A stretch of DNA of 64,000 nucleotides from Frankiaceae bacterium (GCA_019239875.1 JAFAZI010000031.1:9233-73232); one strand, 5' to 3'; positions 38,911-49,275 are shown, counted from the stretch's first letter. Notes: generated by a model not told the origin, from the sequence alone. A program made the numbers and translations.

Positions 38911-40112
38911 GGCGGTTCAGGACAACTGGTGTTGCGGCGAGCGCGTTGCTACTCGCAGTCGCGGTGGCGGCGTGCGGATCGAGCAGCTCAGGCAGCAGCT
39001 CAGGGGGAGGCGGCGGTCCGAGTGGACTCACTGCGCCGACCGCCGACCTGCCTGTGCCGACGTCGATCGGCACGGGCGAGGGTCAGCTCAACCTGATCGC
39101 CTGGGAGGGCTACACCCAGCCGCTGTGGGTGAAGCCGTTCGAGCAGAAGACCGGCTGCCAGGTGCGTGCGAAATACGCCGGCTCCTCGAGTGAGATGGTG
39201 TCGCTCCTGGCTGACGGAGGCGGCGGCCAGTACGACATGGTGTCGGCGTCGGGCGACGCCGATCTGCGGTTGATCTATGCCGGTGATGTGCGGCCGATCA
39301 ATCCCGATCTCGTGCCGCAGATCAAGAACTTCCACAGCTTCCTGCAGGCGCCGGCGTTCAACACCATCGACGGCAAGCACTACGGCACCTCGTTGCAGTT
39401 CGGACCGAACGTCCTGCTCTACAACACGGACGACTTCAGTACGGCGCCCACATCGTGGTCGACGATCTACGACAAGAAGTACTCCGGCAAGATCTCGGTG
39501 CCGGACAACCCCATCCAGATCGCGGATGCGGCGCTCTACCTGTCCAAGACTCAGCCGGACCTCGGCATCACGGATCCCTACGAGCTCACGCAACCGCAGT
39601 TCGACGCATCGGTCAATCTGCTCAAGCAACAGCAGCCGTTGGTCAAGAAGTACTGGGGCCTTGCGTCGCAAGAGGTCTCGCTGTTCAAGACCGGCTCGGC
39701 GACCATCGGTGCTGCGTGGCCGTACCAGACGTCGTTGCTGCTCGACGCTAAGGCGCCCGTCGCCGACACGATTCCCAAGGAGGGTGCGACCGGCTGGGCC
39801 GACAGCTGGTTGATGGCGACGAAGGCCCCGCACACCAACTGCGCCTACATGTGGATGGACTACATCACGTCGCCGAAGGCGCAGGCGCTGCAGGCGACCT
39901 GGTATGGCGAGACCCCGGCGAACAAGCTGGCCTGCCCGATCATGGACAAGCTCGTCAAGGGCTCGTGCAGCGTCCTCCACGCCAACGCACCGCAGGCGTA
40001 CTACGACACCATCAAGTTCTGGAAGACCCCGCTCGCCCAATGTGGCAACGGCCAGAACAACTGCGTGCCGTACTCCAAGTGGACGACCGCCTGGACCACG
40101 ATCACCGGCTGA
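38907..40112 (+). CDS. ABC transporter substrate-binding lipoprotein (PotD/PotF polyamine-binding family)
   Basis: Signal peptide with lipobox (LLLAVAVAACGSS) and a periplasmic-binding fold. Start overlaps the potA stop. Confidence 0.8.
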   Translation: MRRFRTTGVAASALLLAVAVAACGSSSSGSSSGGGGGPSGLTAPTADLPVPTSIGTGEGQLNLIAWEGYTQPLWVKPFEQKTGCQVRAKYAGSSSEMVSLLADGGGGQYDMVSASGDADLRLIYAGDVRPINPDLVPQIKNFHSFLQAPAFNTIDGKHYGTSLQFGPNVLLYNTDDFSTAPTSWSTIYDKKYSGKISVPDNPIQIADAALYLSKTQPDLGITDPYELTQPQFDASVNLLKQQQPLVKKYWGLASQEVSLFKTGSATIGAAWPYQTSLLLDAKAPVADTIPKEGATGWADSWLMATKAPHTNCAYMWMDYITSPKAQALQATWYGETPANKLACPIMDKLVKGSCSVLHANAPQAYYDTIKFWKTPLAQCGNGQNNCVPYSKWTTAWTTITG

Positions 40113-40120
40113 TCGGGTCG

Positions 40121-40990
40121 GTGGCGCGAGGAGTGAACAACGCACTGTGGCGGCGAGCGTGGTTGCGCGCGACGCTGACGCTTTCGCCGCCACTTGCGTG
40201 GTTCCTCGTCGTCTACCTGGCATCGCTGGTCGTGATGCTCGTGACGGCGTTCTGGACGCTGAACGACTTCACGAACCAGCTCGTGCAGAGCTGGAACCTC
40301 CAGAACTTCCGCGACCTGTTCTCCGAGCCCTATCCGCACATCATCGGCCGTACGGTCGGGCTGGCTGCTCTTGTCACGGTGACTGACATCGTCATCGCGC
40401 TGCCGTTCGCGTACTACATGGCTCGGGTGGCGACACCTCGGACGCGCAACTTGCTGTTCGCCGCTGTGCTGCTGCCGTTGTGGGCGAGCTATCTCGCGCG
40501 GGTCTATGCGTGGATCGTGATCTTGCAGAAGGGCGGCACCCTCGACTGGTCGTTCAGTAAGCTGGGGCTGGGTGCGCCAGACATCGGCTACAGCAACACC
40601 GCGTTGTGGATCGTCTTCAGCTACATCTGGTTGCCGTACATGATCATCCCGGTCTTCGGTGCCATGGAGCGGATCCCGAACAGCCTGCTCGAGGCGTCCG
40701 CCGACCTGGGAGCTCGCGGCGCTCGGACCACGTGGCGGGTGATCCTCCCGCTGGTCCTGCCGGGCATCGCGGCTGGCTCGATCTTCACGTTCTCGCTCAC
40801 CTTGGGTGACTTCATCACGCCGGTGCTGGTCGGTGGCGCCAGATCGAAGTTCATCGGCAACGTCATCTACGACAACATCGGCCTGGCCGGCAACCTGCCG
40901 TTCGCTGCGGCGCTCGCCGTCGTACCGATCGTGATCATGATCGTCTACCTGTCCGGCGCTCGGCTGCTCGGCGCGTTCCGGGAGCTGTGA
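40121..40990 (+). CDS. ABC transporter permease (PotB-like)
   Basis: 6-TM BPD-type permease with an EAA-like loop (LEASADLGARGARTTWRVILP). The track ORF 39851.. includes a non-protein-like N-terminus that overlaps the SBP gene. GTG 40121 is chosen as the start, but it is uncertain. Confidence 0.7.
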   Translation: MARGVNNALWRRAWLRATLTLSPPLAWFLVVYLASLVVMLVTAFWTLNDFTNQLVQSWNLQNFRDLFSEPYPHIIGRTVGLAALVTVTDIVIALPFAYYMARVATPRTRNLLFAAVLLPLWASYLARVYAWIVILQKGGTLDWSFSKLGLGAPDIGYSNTALWIVFSYIWLPYMIIPVFGAMERIPNSLLEASADLGARGARTTWRVILPLVLPGIAAGSIFTFSLTLGDFITPVLVGGARSKFIGNVIYDNIGLAGNLPFAAALAVVPIVIMIVYLSGARLLGAFREL

Positions 40991-41778
40991 TGGAGCTCCG
41001 GTTGAGTCGGGTCGTGCTGCGGCTGTGGGTCGCAGCGGTGCTGCTCTTCCTCTTCGTGCCGATTGCGCTGGTGATCCTCTACGCGTTCAATGACTCAAGA
41101 ATCGAGACCTGGCCGATCGCGCACTACAGCACGAAGTGGTTCTCCGTCGCATGGCACGACCCAGAGGTCCGATCGTCATTGTGGCTGTCGTTCAAGGCCG
41201 GGTTGTTCGCATCCGCGATAGCGGTCGTGCTGGGTTCGGCAGCGGCATTCGGCGTCCACAAGTACCGGTTCTTCGGTCGTGAGGCGGTGTCGTTGCTTCT
41301 TGTGCTGCCGCTCGCCCTGCCCGGCATCATCACCGGCATCGCCTTGAAGTCGACGTTCGACTACGCGGGCATCGACCTGTCGCTGCTGACGATCATCATC
41401 GGCCACGCAACGTTCTGCATCGTGGTGGTCTACAACAACGTGGTTGCGCGGCTTCGACGGGTCTCGGGATCGTTGCTCGAGGCGTCCGCGGACCTCGGGG
41501 CGAAGCCGTGGCAGACCTTCCGGTATGTGACGCTCCCATCGATCTCCACCGCTGTGGTGTCGGGGGCGTTGCTCGCGTTCGCGCTCTCCTTCGACGAGGT
41601 GATCGTCACGACCTTTACTGCAGGGGCGCAGAACACGCTGCCGTTGTGGATCTTCGGTGCGATCCGACTCGGGCAGCAGCTTCCCGAGGTCAACGTCGTC
41701 GTAGTCGGAGTGCTGATCCTCACGGTGATCCCGGTGGCCATCGCTGTCCGCCTCACCGGTCGCGCCGGCATTCGCTGA
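40987..41778 (+). CDS. ABC transporter permease (PotC-like)
   Basis: 6-TM permease with EAA loop LEASADLGAKPWQTFRYVTLP. Start overlaps the upstream stop. Confidence 0.8.
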   Translation: MMELRLSRVVLRLWVAAVLLFLFVPIALVILYAFNDSRIETWPIAHYSTKWFSVAWHDPEVRSSLWLSFKAGLFASAIAVVLGSAAAFGVHKYRFFGREAVSLLLVLPLALPGIITGIALKSTFDYAGIDLSLLTIIIGHATFCIVVVYNNVVARLRRVSGSLLEASADLGAKPWQTFRYVTLPSISTAVVSGALLAFALSFDEVIVTTFTAGAQNTLPLWIFGAIRLGQQLPEVNVVVVGVLILTVIPVAIAVRLTGRAGIR

Positions 41779-41830
41779 GACTGCGCGCGCGCGGGCGTTC
41801 GGGTGGTGCATTTCACGCTATGAAGTTCGC

Positions 41831-42133
41831 ATGATCATCATCACCTTGAAGGCCAAGCTGAACGACGCGCATCGCGACGAGGCGATCGCGGCCGCGAAGA
41901 AGATGAGCGCGCATTCACTGACCGAGGCCGGCTGCATCGACTACCGCTTCTGGGCATCGGTCGACGACCCGTCATCGTTCCTCCTGCTCGAGCAGTGGGA
42001 GGACCAGGCGTCGATCGACGCACACATGGGCACGCCGCAGATGGCGGAGTTCGCCGCTGCCCTCGGCCCCGCCCTGGACGGCGGCATGGAGGCCCTCAAG
42101 CACGAGGTAACGAGCTCGGGACCGCTCTTCTAG
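41831..42133 (+). CDS. antibiotic biosynthesis monooxygenase (ABM) family protein
   Basis: 100 aa with a ferredoxin-like ABM pattern (IIITLKAK...FLLLEQWEDQASIDAHM). Confidence 0.7.
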   Translation: MIIITLKAKLNDAHRDEAIAAAKKMSAHSLTEAGCIDYRFWASVDDPSSFLLLEQWEDQASIDAHMGTPQMAEFAAALGPALDGGMEALKHEVTSSGPLF

Positions 42134-42143
42134 CACCAGTCGG

Positions 42144-42812
42144 TCAGAGGTCGAGGGTCGTCGTCGCGCTCGGGATGTTCTGGCGCGCCAGGATCTTTGC
42201 CTTCGTCCGTACTAGGAGCTCCCGGGGTACGACGGCGATGTCCGCGGCCATCGCCTCGGCGGCGGCGATCAGCTCGTCAGGTGGGACCACCTGGTTCACC
42301 AGCCCGATGCTCCGCGCCTCGCCCGCCGACACGACTCGTCCCGTCAGGACGAGCTCGCGCGCGACGGCGCCACCGACCAGATCGTGCAGCGGCGCATAGA
42401 CGACGTCACCGAACGTGCGTTCCGGGTGGGCGAAGCGCGCCGTCTCCGATGCGATCCGGAGGTCGCACATGACGGCCAGATCTAACCCGCCGGCGAGTGC
42501 TGCGCCGTTGACGGCCGCGATCACCGGGACCGGGAAGTGCAGCATGCCGCGGTGGAACCGGTCGCTGGAGACCCACAGCCGCTCCTGGAAGCCGGGCTCG
42601 TCAACCGTGAACTCTCGGAGATCGAAGCCGGCACTGAATGTGTCACCCCTGCCGGTCACGATCACGCACCTGGTCGACTCGTCATCGCGGAGGTCGTCCA
42701 GGGCATCGCTGAACAGGTCCCGAAGCGCGATCGACAAGGCGTTCTTCTTGTCGGGACGGTTCAGCGCGATGGTCGCGACGGGACCGTCACGCGCGACTTC
42801 GACCTCCGCCAT
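42144..42812 (-). CDS. enoyl-CoA hydratase/isomerase family protein
   Basis: Crotonase fold (IALNRPDKKNAL...FSAGFDLREF...AAVNGAALAGGLDLA). Confidence 0.75.
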   Translation of the reverse strand: MAEVEVARDGPVATIALNRPDKKNALSIALRDLFSDALDDLRDDESTRCVIVTGRGDTFSAGFDLREFTVDEPGFQERLWVSSDRFHRGMLHFPVPVIAAVNGAALAGGLDLAVMCDLRIASETARFAHPERTFGDVVYAPLHDLVGGAVARELVLTGRVVSAGEARSIGLVNQVVPPDELIAAAEAMAADIAVVPRELLVRTKAKILARQNIPSATTTLDL

Positions 42813-42823
42813 CGCTGGAACAG

Positions 42824-43732
42824 CTACGAGCGCGTGCCTGCCATGGACGCGTTCGGTGCGGCGTCGGCGACCAGGTTCGGGACGACCTCTCCGAGCTCAC
42901 CCGGCAGCCAGCGCTCGGTGCGCTCGGCGCTCGGACCGTAGACCCAGCCCTCGCCGACCGAGATCTTGTTCCCGGTGACGCCGAACACCCGCCCGGTGAT
43001 GCCGCTGGCCTCAGCGCTGCCGAGCCACACGACCAGCGGCGAGATGTTCTCGGGGGCGAGCGCCTCTTTCATCGCGTCATCGGCGCCGTCGAAGCCACCG
43101 AGGTCCTCAGTCATCCGGGTGAGAGCTGTGGGTGCGATGGCGTTGACGGTGACGCCGTATCGAGCCAGTTCGCCGGCGGCGATGATCGTGAAGGCGGCGA
43201 TACCCGCCTTGGCCGCGCCGTAGTTGGTCTGCCCGAGATTGCCGAAGATGCCGGACGGCGAGGACGTGTTGATGATGCGAGCGTCGGGCTGGTTGCCGGC
43301 CTTCGACTGCTCACGCCAGTAGGCGGCCGCGAAATGCGCCGGCGCGAAGGTGCCTTTGAGATGCACTTTGATGACGGCGTCCCACTCCGCTTCGGACATG
43401 TTCGTGAGCATCCGGTCGCGGAGGATCCCCGCATTGTTGACGACGACGTCGATGCCCCCGAAGGTGTCGATCGCGGTCTGGATCAGGCTCTCAGCGCCCT
43501 CCCAGCTGGAGATGTCCTCGGTGTGCGCGACGGCTTCGCCGCCCGCTGCCGTGATCTCGTCCACGACTGCCTGGGCGGGTCCTGCCGAACCGCCGGTACC
43601 GTCACGAGCGCCACCGAGGTCGTTGACGACGACCTTGGCGCCTTCCTGTGCAAACAGCAGTGCGTGCGCTCGGCCGATTCCGTTGCCCGCGCCGGTCACC
43701 GCGACGATCCGCCCGTCGACTACGCCCTTCAT
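42824..43732 (-). CDS. SDR family NAD(P)-dependent oxidoreductase
   Basis: TGAGNGIGRA cofactor motif and NNAG; 302 aa. A 12-bp gap separates it from the downstream hydratase gene. Confidence 0.8.
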   Translation of the reverse strand: MKGVVDGRIVAVTGAGNGIGRAHALLFAQEGAKVVVNDLGGARDGTGGSAGPAQAVVDEITAAGGEAVAHTEDISSWEGAESLIQTAIDTFGGIDVVVNNAGILRDRMLTNMSEAEWDAVIKVHLKGTFAPAHFAAAYWREQSKAGNQPDARIINTSSPSGIFGNLGQTNYGAAKAGIAAFTIIAAGELARYGVTVNAIAPTALTRMTEDLGGFDGADDAMKEALAPENISPLVVWLGSAEASGITGRVFGVTGNKISVGEGWVYGPSAERTERWLPGELGEVVPNLVADAAPNASMAGTRS

Positions 43733-43834
43733 CGGCTTCGCTCTCCTCCCGTCGTGAGGCGCCGCTCAGGCATCGGCCCGTGCGGGTACACGACCTGACC
43801 TCAACGCGGGAGCGTATCCACCCCCGGCCGCCCA

Positions 43835-44161
43835 TCAGCGGCCGACGGCACGTTCCAACTCGGCCTTGCTCATCGATGACCGGCCGCGGATGTTCTTTGC
43901 CTTGGCCTCGGCGTACAGCTGGGCCTTCGTCCGGCCGCCCGGGCCCTTGTGCGAGCGGAGTCCGCCGCGTCGCCCGGAGGAGATGTCGTCGATCGACGTT
44001 CGACTCGCCTGCCGTGCTTCACCGGCTCTTGCGCGCTCCTTGTTCACTGTCCGCGCCGCGATCTCCTCGGCCTCGGACTCGGAGCGACCGCGCTCCTCCA
44101 ACCCTTCCTTGATGTGCTCGTACTGACGTTCGCGCTTGCGGTTCCAGCTGCGTGGTGGCAT
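43835..44161 (-). CDS. small basic protein with C-terminal Rho_N/SAP-like motif (often annotated as plasmid-stabilization-like)
   Basis: 108 aa: MPPRSWNRKRERQYEHIKE...SMSKAELERAVGR. A GGGGGAA RBS precedes ATG 44161. The longer track ORF (to 44713) is antisense junk. Confidence 0.6.
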   Translation of the reverse strand: MPPRSWNRKRERQYEHIKEGLEERGRSESEAEEIAARTVNKERARAGEARQASRTSIDDISSGRRGGLRSHKGPGGRTKAQLYAEAKAKNIRGRSSMSKAELERAVGR

Positions 44162-44239
44162 GGCTATCTGGTTCCCCCGATGTGGTCCGCTACGCACGGC
44201 ATTAGGTTGGGATCGAACCTTCGAACGGATGGACGCAGG

Positions 44240-45112
44240 ATGAAACTCGGCGTGCATGTCTCCCAGTTCACCTGGCCCGGCGGGCCGGCAACGATGGCGT
44301 CGGACCTGACGCGGATCGCAACCGCGACCGACGAGCTCGGCTTCGACAAGCTCAGCGTGATGGACCACGTGTGGCAGATCCTCCATCTCGGGCCGCCCGA
44401 GCACGACATGCTCGAGGCCTACACGACCCTTGGCTACCTCGCCGCTCGGACCTCCCGGGTGAAGCTGCTCGCCTGGGTGACGGCAGTCGTCTACCGCGAT
44501 CCCGGGCTGCTTGCCAAGGCGGTCACCACTCTCGACGTGCTGTCCGAGGGGCGTGCCTACCTCGGGATCGGTGCCGCTTGGAACGAGCCGGAAGCCAAGG
44601 GTCTCGGCTTGTTCTTCCCGCCGCTTGCCGAGCGATACGAGCGGCTCGAGGAGACGCTGCAGATCATGATGGAGATGTGGAGCGATCGTGACGCGGCGTA
44701 CCACGGTCAGCACTACACGCTGGAGCGCACGCTCAACTCACCGCAGGCGCTGTCCTCGCCACATCCGCCGATCCTGATCGGTGGCGGCGGCGAGAAGAAG
44801 ACGCTGCGGCTGGTCGCCAAGTACGCCCAGGCGTGCAACCTGTTCGCGTCTCCTGATCTCGGTCACAAGCTCGACGTGCTGCGAGCTCATTGCGAGGACG
44901 TTGGTCGCGACTACGACGAGATCGAGAAGACGGTGATGGGCCCGCTCGATCCTGGCGCCGATGGATCTGGCGTCGGTGACTTGATCGACTCGATGCGCGG
45001 GATGGCTGATCTCGGCATCACGCACTACCACGGCACCGTGCCGAATGTCGTCGCGATCAAACCGCTCGAGATCCTCGCCGAGCAGGTCATGCCGGTCGTC
45101 GCCGACCTCTGA
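44240..45112 (+). CDS. LLM class (luciferase-like) F420-dependent oxidoreductase
   Basis: 290 aa with a TIM-barrel LLM pattern (MKLGVHVSQF...LSVMDHV...LGIGAAWNEPEAKGLG). Confidence 0.75.
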   Translation: MKLGVHVSQFTWPGGPATMASDLTRIATATDELGFDKLSVMDHVWQILHLGPPEHDMLEAYTTLGYLAARTSRVKLLAWVTAVVYRDPGLLAKAVTTLDVLSEGRAYLGIGAAWNEPEAKGLGLFFPPLAERYERLEETLQIMMEMWSDRDAAYHGQHYTLERTLNSPQALSSPHPPILIGGGGEKKTLRLVAKYAQACNLFASPDLGHKLDVLRAHCEDVGRDYDEIEKTVMGPLDPGADGSGVGDLIDSMRGMADLGITHYHGTVPNVVAIKPLEILAEQVMPVVADL

Positions 45113-46080
45113 TGTCCAACCTCGAGACCGCTCCGGACATCGCCGTCCGTGGTGGCACGTCGGAGGTCGCGGCGAACCCGGTGCGGGAGATCTTCGCCGG
45201 CAAGGAGGTGACGCTCGGCGGCGACACCGTCGTACGACGGCTGCTCCCGAACCTCGGCCGACGCATGGTCGGGCCGTGGTGCTTCATCGATCACTACGGC
45301 CCCGATGACATCTCGGCGCGCGCCGGGATGGCGGTGCCGCCGCATCCCCATATCGGGTTGCAGACGGTCAGCTGGCTGCTCGACGGCGAGGTCCATCATC
45401 GGGACAGCATCGGAAGCGATCAGCTGATCCGCCCCGGCGAGCTCGGGCTGATGACGGCGGGGGCAGGCATCGCGCACGCGGAGCACTCACCCGTCGCGCA
45501 TCCGGCGCTGCTCCACGGCGTTCAGCTGTGGGTTGCCCTGCCCGAGGCCAGTCGCGCCACCGCCCCCGCTTGGCAGCATCACTCGCGGCTCCCGCGCCTG
45601 GACATCGCCGGCTTGTCTGCCACGGTCATCTTGGGCGACGTCGAGGGTGAGCGATCACCTGGCAAGACCTTCGCACCGATCGTGGGGCTGGACGTCACGC
45701 TGCCTCCCGGCGGTGGCGGCCGGCTTCCGCTCGAGGCCGAGTTCGAGTACGCCGCACTTGTGATGTCAGGGGGGATGGAGGCTGACGGGGTCGCGCTCGC
45801 ACCGGGGTCGATGCTCTACCTGGGGTGCGGCCGCAACGACCTGCGCCTCGCGAGCGACGCAGGGGCGCGGGTACTCGTACTCGGCGGCCAACCGTTCGAG
45901 GAACGCATCGTCATGTGGTGGAACTTCGTCGCGAGATCCGGTGACGAGATCGCTGCGGCACGGGAGGACTGGATGGCAGGGGATCGCTTCGGCGAGGTCA
46001 GTGATGCTGGCGCCCGCACGCCCGCGCCTGCGCTGCCGTCCGGCACGCTGAAACCGCGCGGGCGCGTCCGCGACCAGTAG
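45112..46080 (+). CDS. pirin family protein
   Basis: Cupin His motif HPHIGLQTVSWLLDGEVHHRDS. Start overlaps the upstream stop. Confidence 0.8.
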   Translation: MSNLETAPDIAVRGGTSEVAANPVREIFAGKEVTLGGDTVVRRLLPNLGRRMVGPWCFIDHYGPDDISARAGMAVPPHPHIGLQTVSWLLDGEVHHRDSIGSDQLIRPGELGLMTAGAGIAHAEHSPVAHPALLHGVQLWVALPEASRATAPAWQHHSRLPRLDIAGLSATVILGDVEGERSPGKTFAPIVGLDVTLPPGGGGRLPLEAEFEYAALVMSGGMEADGVALAPGSMLYLGCGRNDLRLASDAGARVLVLGGQPFEERIVMWWNFVARSGDEIAAAREDWMAGDRFGEVSDAGARTPAPALPSGTLKPRGRVRDQ

Positions 46081-46089
46081 TGCGGCCAG

Positions 46090-46731
46090 TCAGGACGGCT
46101 GGTGGATGAACTGGCTGTGCTTGCGGTCGTACGCCATCGTGGTCGTGTAACCGCCGTCGGATCCCTGGCCCATCGAGCTGATCGTGATGCGATGGTGGGC
46201 GAGCACGTCTTCGACGTACGCAACGTGGCCGCCGGCGCTCGCTGTATAGGTGACGCCGTCGCTGGTCGTGCCCATGTCAGCGTTTCGCCCCCACGAGGCG
46301 ATGTCGCCGACGGCAGGAGCGTGGTTCACCGTGTACCCGGCCTTCTTGGCGTCGACGGCGATCCGCCAGGCGCCCGGATGCTTCGAGGAGTAGCCGTACT
46401 TCCAGACTGCGTTGACCCAGACGTCCGGGCGTTTCTCGGCGGCCCAGTACGCGCAGTTGTAGTACGGCGTCTCCGTGGCACCAGCGCCCTCGGTGTTGCA
46501 GGGGTCGAGCGGGACGTGCCACGGACCGGTGCCCTTGGGGGTGCGGTTGTACTTCGACGGCTTGTCGCCGGTCGAACTCGGCGACGTGCACTCGTCGTCC
46601 TCGTGACTCGCCGCCTGATGTGTCGTGCCTCGCGCAACCGCAGCCTGCCCGGCTGCGGCCGACGGGACCAGCGCTCCCGCGCAGACGGCGGCCGCCGCCG
46701 AGGTGAGGACGGTCAGTCGACGTGCACGCAT
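46090..46731 (-). CDS. secreted CHAP domain-containing protein (putative peptidoglycan amidase/peptidase)
   Basis: Signal peptide, candidate catalytic Cys (YNCAYWAAEK) and His (GGHVAYVE). Confidence 0.6.
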   Translation of the reverse strand: MRARRLTVLTSAAAAVCAGALVPSAAAGQAAVARGTTHQAASHEDDECTSPSSTGDKPSKYNRTPKGTGPWHVPLDPCNTEGAGATETPYYNCAYWAAEKRPDVWVNAVWKYGYSSKHPGAWRIAVDAKKAGYTVNHAPAVGDIASWGRNADMGTTSDGVTYTASAGGHVAYVEDVLAHHRITISSMGQGSDGGYTTTMAYDRKHSQFIHQPS

Positions 46732-47042
46732 GCTTTGAGCTCCCGATGTCCACCCCGGCCGCGTGGCGCGGCAACTGCACGATCACCTCAAGAATCGACG
46801 CTCGCGAACCCCCGCTTGAGTGCTCCAAATGGCGGCAAGTTCTTGCGTGAGCCAAGTATCTGTTTGGTGCCGATCGTTCCGGCGCGCCCGCTCGATGAGT
46901 TCCGCTGCCGGGATCCGTCACCCAAGTGCGAGATGCTCCGTGTCGACTGTGACGAACAAAACTCAGTCGATCTGGCGGGGTCGTGGTGATTGGCTGCTAG
47001 GCAGGAGAAGACGTTGCGGATCAGGTCGTTCAAGAGGGGGTC

Positions 47043-49172
47043 ATGGTCGTGAGGCGGATCGCGGAGTTCGTGCTGCGGCACCGGCGCTGGGTGCTCGTAG
47101 CGTGGTTGCTGACGATCGTGATCGGCGGAGCGTTGGTGCAGAAGACCAATGACCGGCTGGTCATCGACTTCTCGCTCCCTGGTCAGCCCGGCACCGAGAC
47201 CGCCAACCAGATCGACCAGGAGTTCCATGCCGGCGGCAAGACGGCGCCCTACGTCCTGACCGTGACGATGCCGCAGGGCCAGACCGTCAGCGGGAACGAG
47301 CAAGCCATCGGCAAGACCTTCGCGTCGATTCAGCAAGACGTGCCAGACGTCCGGGTGCTCGACGAGGCGAACACCGCAGACAAGGCGTTCCGCACGAGCG
47401 ATGACCGTACGGCGTACGCACTCGTGTTCTACCGATTCCTCCATGACCCGACGGCATCGTTCCCGACCGACAACTTGAGGACCAAGCTGAAGGCGGCTGC
47501 GCCGCCCGGCGCCACCATCGGGGTGACCGGCGAGGATGCGCTGGCCTCGGGTGGCGACAGTGGCGGTAATGGCGTGCTCGCGGAGGTCTTCCTCGGCGGA
47601 CTGGGTGCCCTCATCGTCCTCGCGTTCGTCTTCGCTTCGCTGCTGGCGCTGCTGCCGCTTCTGGTCGCGATCTGCTCGATCGTCGCGACCTTCCTGCTGC
47701 TGCTGCCGCTCACGTATCTGACCGATGTGTCGTTCATCGTCGAGTTCCTCGTCGCACTGATCGGACTCGGTGTGGCGATCGACTACTCGCTGATCCTGGT
47801 GACGCGGTGGCGGGAGGAGCGGGACCACGGCCGTGACAATCACGACGCCGTCGTCGTGGCGATGGAGACCGCCGGACGGGCGGTGGTGTTCAGCGGGTTC
47901 ACGGTCGCCATCGGCCTGCTGGCCCTCGTCGTGCTTCCCGTGCCGTTCATGCGCAGCATCGGGATGGGCGGGGCACTCATCCCGCTCGCGAGCGTCCTCA
48001 CGACGCTGACCCTCACGCCGGCGATCCTCGGCGGCATCGGGCCGAAGGTCGACTGGCCGAAGATCCGTCACGAGAACCGGGCCAGCAAGTCATGGAGCCG
48101 CTGGGCACGCGGCGTCGTCAAGCACCGGATCGTCGCGGCGGGCGTGGCGTTCGTCGCGCTCGGGCTGCTCTTTGCCTCGTTCCTCGGCATCAAGATCGGC
48201 CTCGCGTCATCTGACTCGTTGTCGCATGGCGGTCCCGAGTACACCGCGCTCCAGCAGCTCAAGAGCGGGGGAGTCAGCACCGGCATCCTCACGCCGATGG
48301 AGATCCTCGTCGACACGCCGCAGGCGCAGACCGTCGCCGATCGGATCCGACAGATCGATGGTGTGGCACGCGTCGACGTCGCGACCGGCGATGGTCAGAC
48401 CGCGGGCGGTCACACGATCGTCACGGTGATCCCGAAGGAGGAGACCGCCAACTCCTCGTCAGTCGGTCCGGTCCGGGATGTCAAGGACGCCGTCGACGGG
48501 ATGCCGGGCGTGGTCGGGGTGGCCGGCGTCGGCGCCGACCAGATCGACTTCCTGAAGGCGGTGTACGGCAACTTCCCGTTGATGCTCGGGATCATCGCGT
48601 TGCTGACCTTCATCCTCTTGGCGCGCGCCTTCCGGTCGCTCGTGCTGCCGATCAAGGCGATCCTGCTGAACCTCGTGACGCTGGCCGCGACGCTGGGCTT
48701 CATGGTGTTGTTCTGGCAGTACGGCCATGGCTCGCAGGCGCTGTTCAACGTTCACGAGACCGGCGCGGTCACCTTCTGGATCCCGCTGATGGTCTTCGCG
48801 TTCCTCTTCGGGCTGTCGATGGACTACGAGGTGTTCATCCTGGCGCGGATCCGGGAGGAGTACACGAGGACCGGCGCGACGGACGACGCTGTGGTCGAAG
48901 GAATCGGTCGCACCGGTCGCCTCGTCACCAGTGCCGCACTGATCCTGTTCCTCGCGTTCGTCGCCCTCGCATCAGGACCGGGAACGGACTTGAAGACGTT
49001 CGCGACCGCGCTCGGGTTCGGCATCCTGCTCGACGCGACGATCGTGCGATCGATGCTGGTTCCGGCGCTGGTCTCGATGTTCGGCAACTGGAACTGGTAC
49101 ATGCCTGGCTGGCTGGCCAAGCTGCTCCGCGTCCCAGCGGTGGCGGCGCCCCAACCCGCCGTCGGCGACTAA
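47043..49172 (+). CDS. MMPL family (RND superfamily) transporter
   Basis: 709 aa with two 6-TM bundles, each followed by an extracytoplasmic domain. It has conserved MMPL motifs (IDYSLILVTRWREE, GLSMDYEVFIL). Confidence 0.85.
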   Translation: MVVRRIAEFVLRHRRWVLVAWLLTIVIGGALVQKTNDRLVIDFSLPGQPGTETANQIDQEFHAGGKTAPYVLTVTMPQGQTVSGNEQAIGKTFASIQQDVPDVRVLDEANTADKAFRTSDDRTAYALVFYRFLHDPTASFPTDNLRTKLKAAAPPGATIGVTGEDALASGGDSGGNGVLAEVFLGGLGALIVLAFVFASLLALLPLLVAICSIVATFLLLLPLTYLTDVSFIVEFLVALIGLGVAIDYSLILVTRWREERDHGRDNHDAVVVAMETAGRAVVFSGFTVAIGLLALVVLPVPFMRSIGMGGALIPLASVLTTLTLTPAILGGIGPKVDWPKIRHENRASKSWSRWARGVVKHRIVAAGVAFVALGLLFASFLGIKIGLASSDSLSHGGPEYTALQQLKSGGVSTGILTPMEILVDTPQAQTVADRIRQIDGVARVDVATGDGQTAGGHTIVTVIPKEETANSSSVGPVRDVKDAVDGMPGVVGVAGVGADQIDFLKAVYGNFPLMLGIIALLTFILLARAFRSLVLPIKAILLNLVTLAATLGFMVLFWQYGHGSQALFNVHETGAVTFWIPLMVFAFLFGLSMDYEVFILARIREEYTRTGATDDAVVEGIGRTGRLVTSAALILFLAFVALASGPGTDLKTFATALGFGILLDATIVRSMLVPALVSMFGNWNWYMPGWLAKLLRVPAVAAPQPAVGD

Positions 49173-49199
49173 CCCGACGCCGCCGGCGCAGGAGGCTTT

Positions 49200-49239
49200 G
49201 TGCTGCGTGAGCTACCTCGCGAGGTAGGTCGCGCAGCAC
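49200..49239. promoter_or_regulatory. 40-bp imperfect palindrome (18 of 20 arm pairs) - candidate TetR operator and/or mmpL terminator hairpin
   Basis: GTGCTGCGTGAGCTACCTCG | CGAGGTAGGTCGCGCAGCAC is centred at 49219/49220. It lies 28 bp after the mmpL stop and 37-67 bp before the TetR start. A second small palindrome, CAGGCttGCCTG, follows at about 49262. Confidence 0.4.
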
Positions 49240-49275
49240 AGCTCTGACCAGCCACTTGCAGGCAGGCTTGCCTGT

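Noticed and set aside
46788-48071. 427-aa ORF antisense to the MMPL gene
   Set aside because: Composition is Arg/Asp/Glu/His low-complexity, typical of antisense frames in high-GC DNA, and it overlaps a well-supported MMPL transporter gene.
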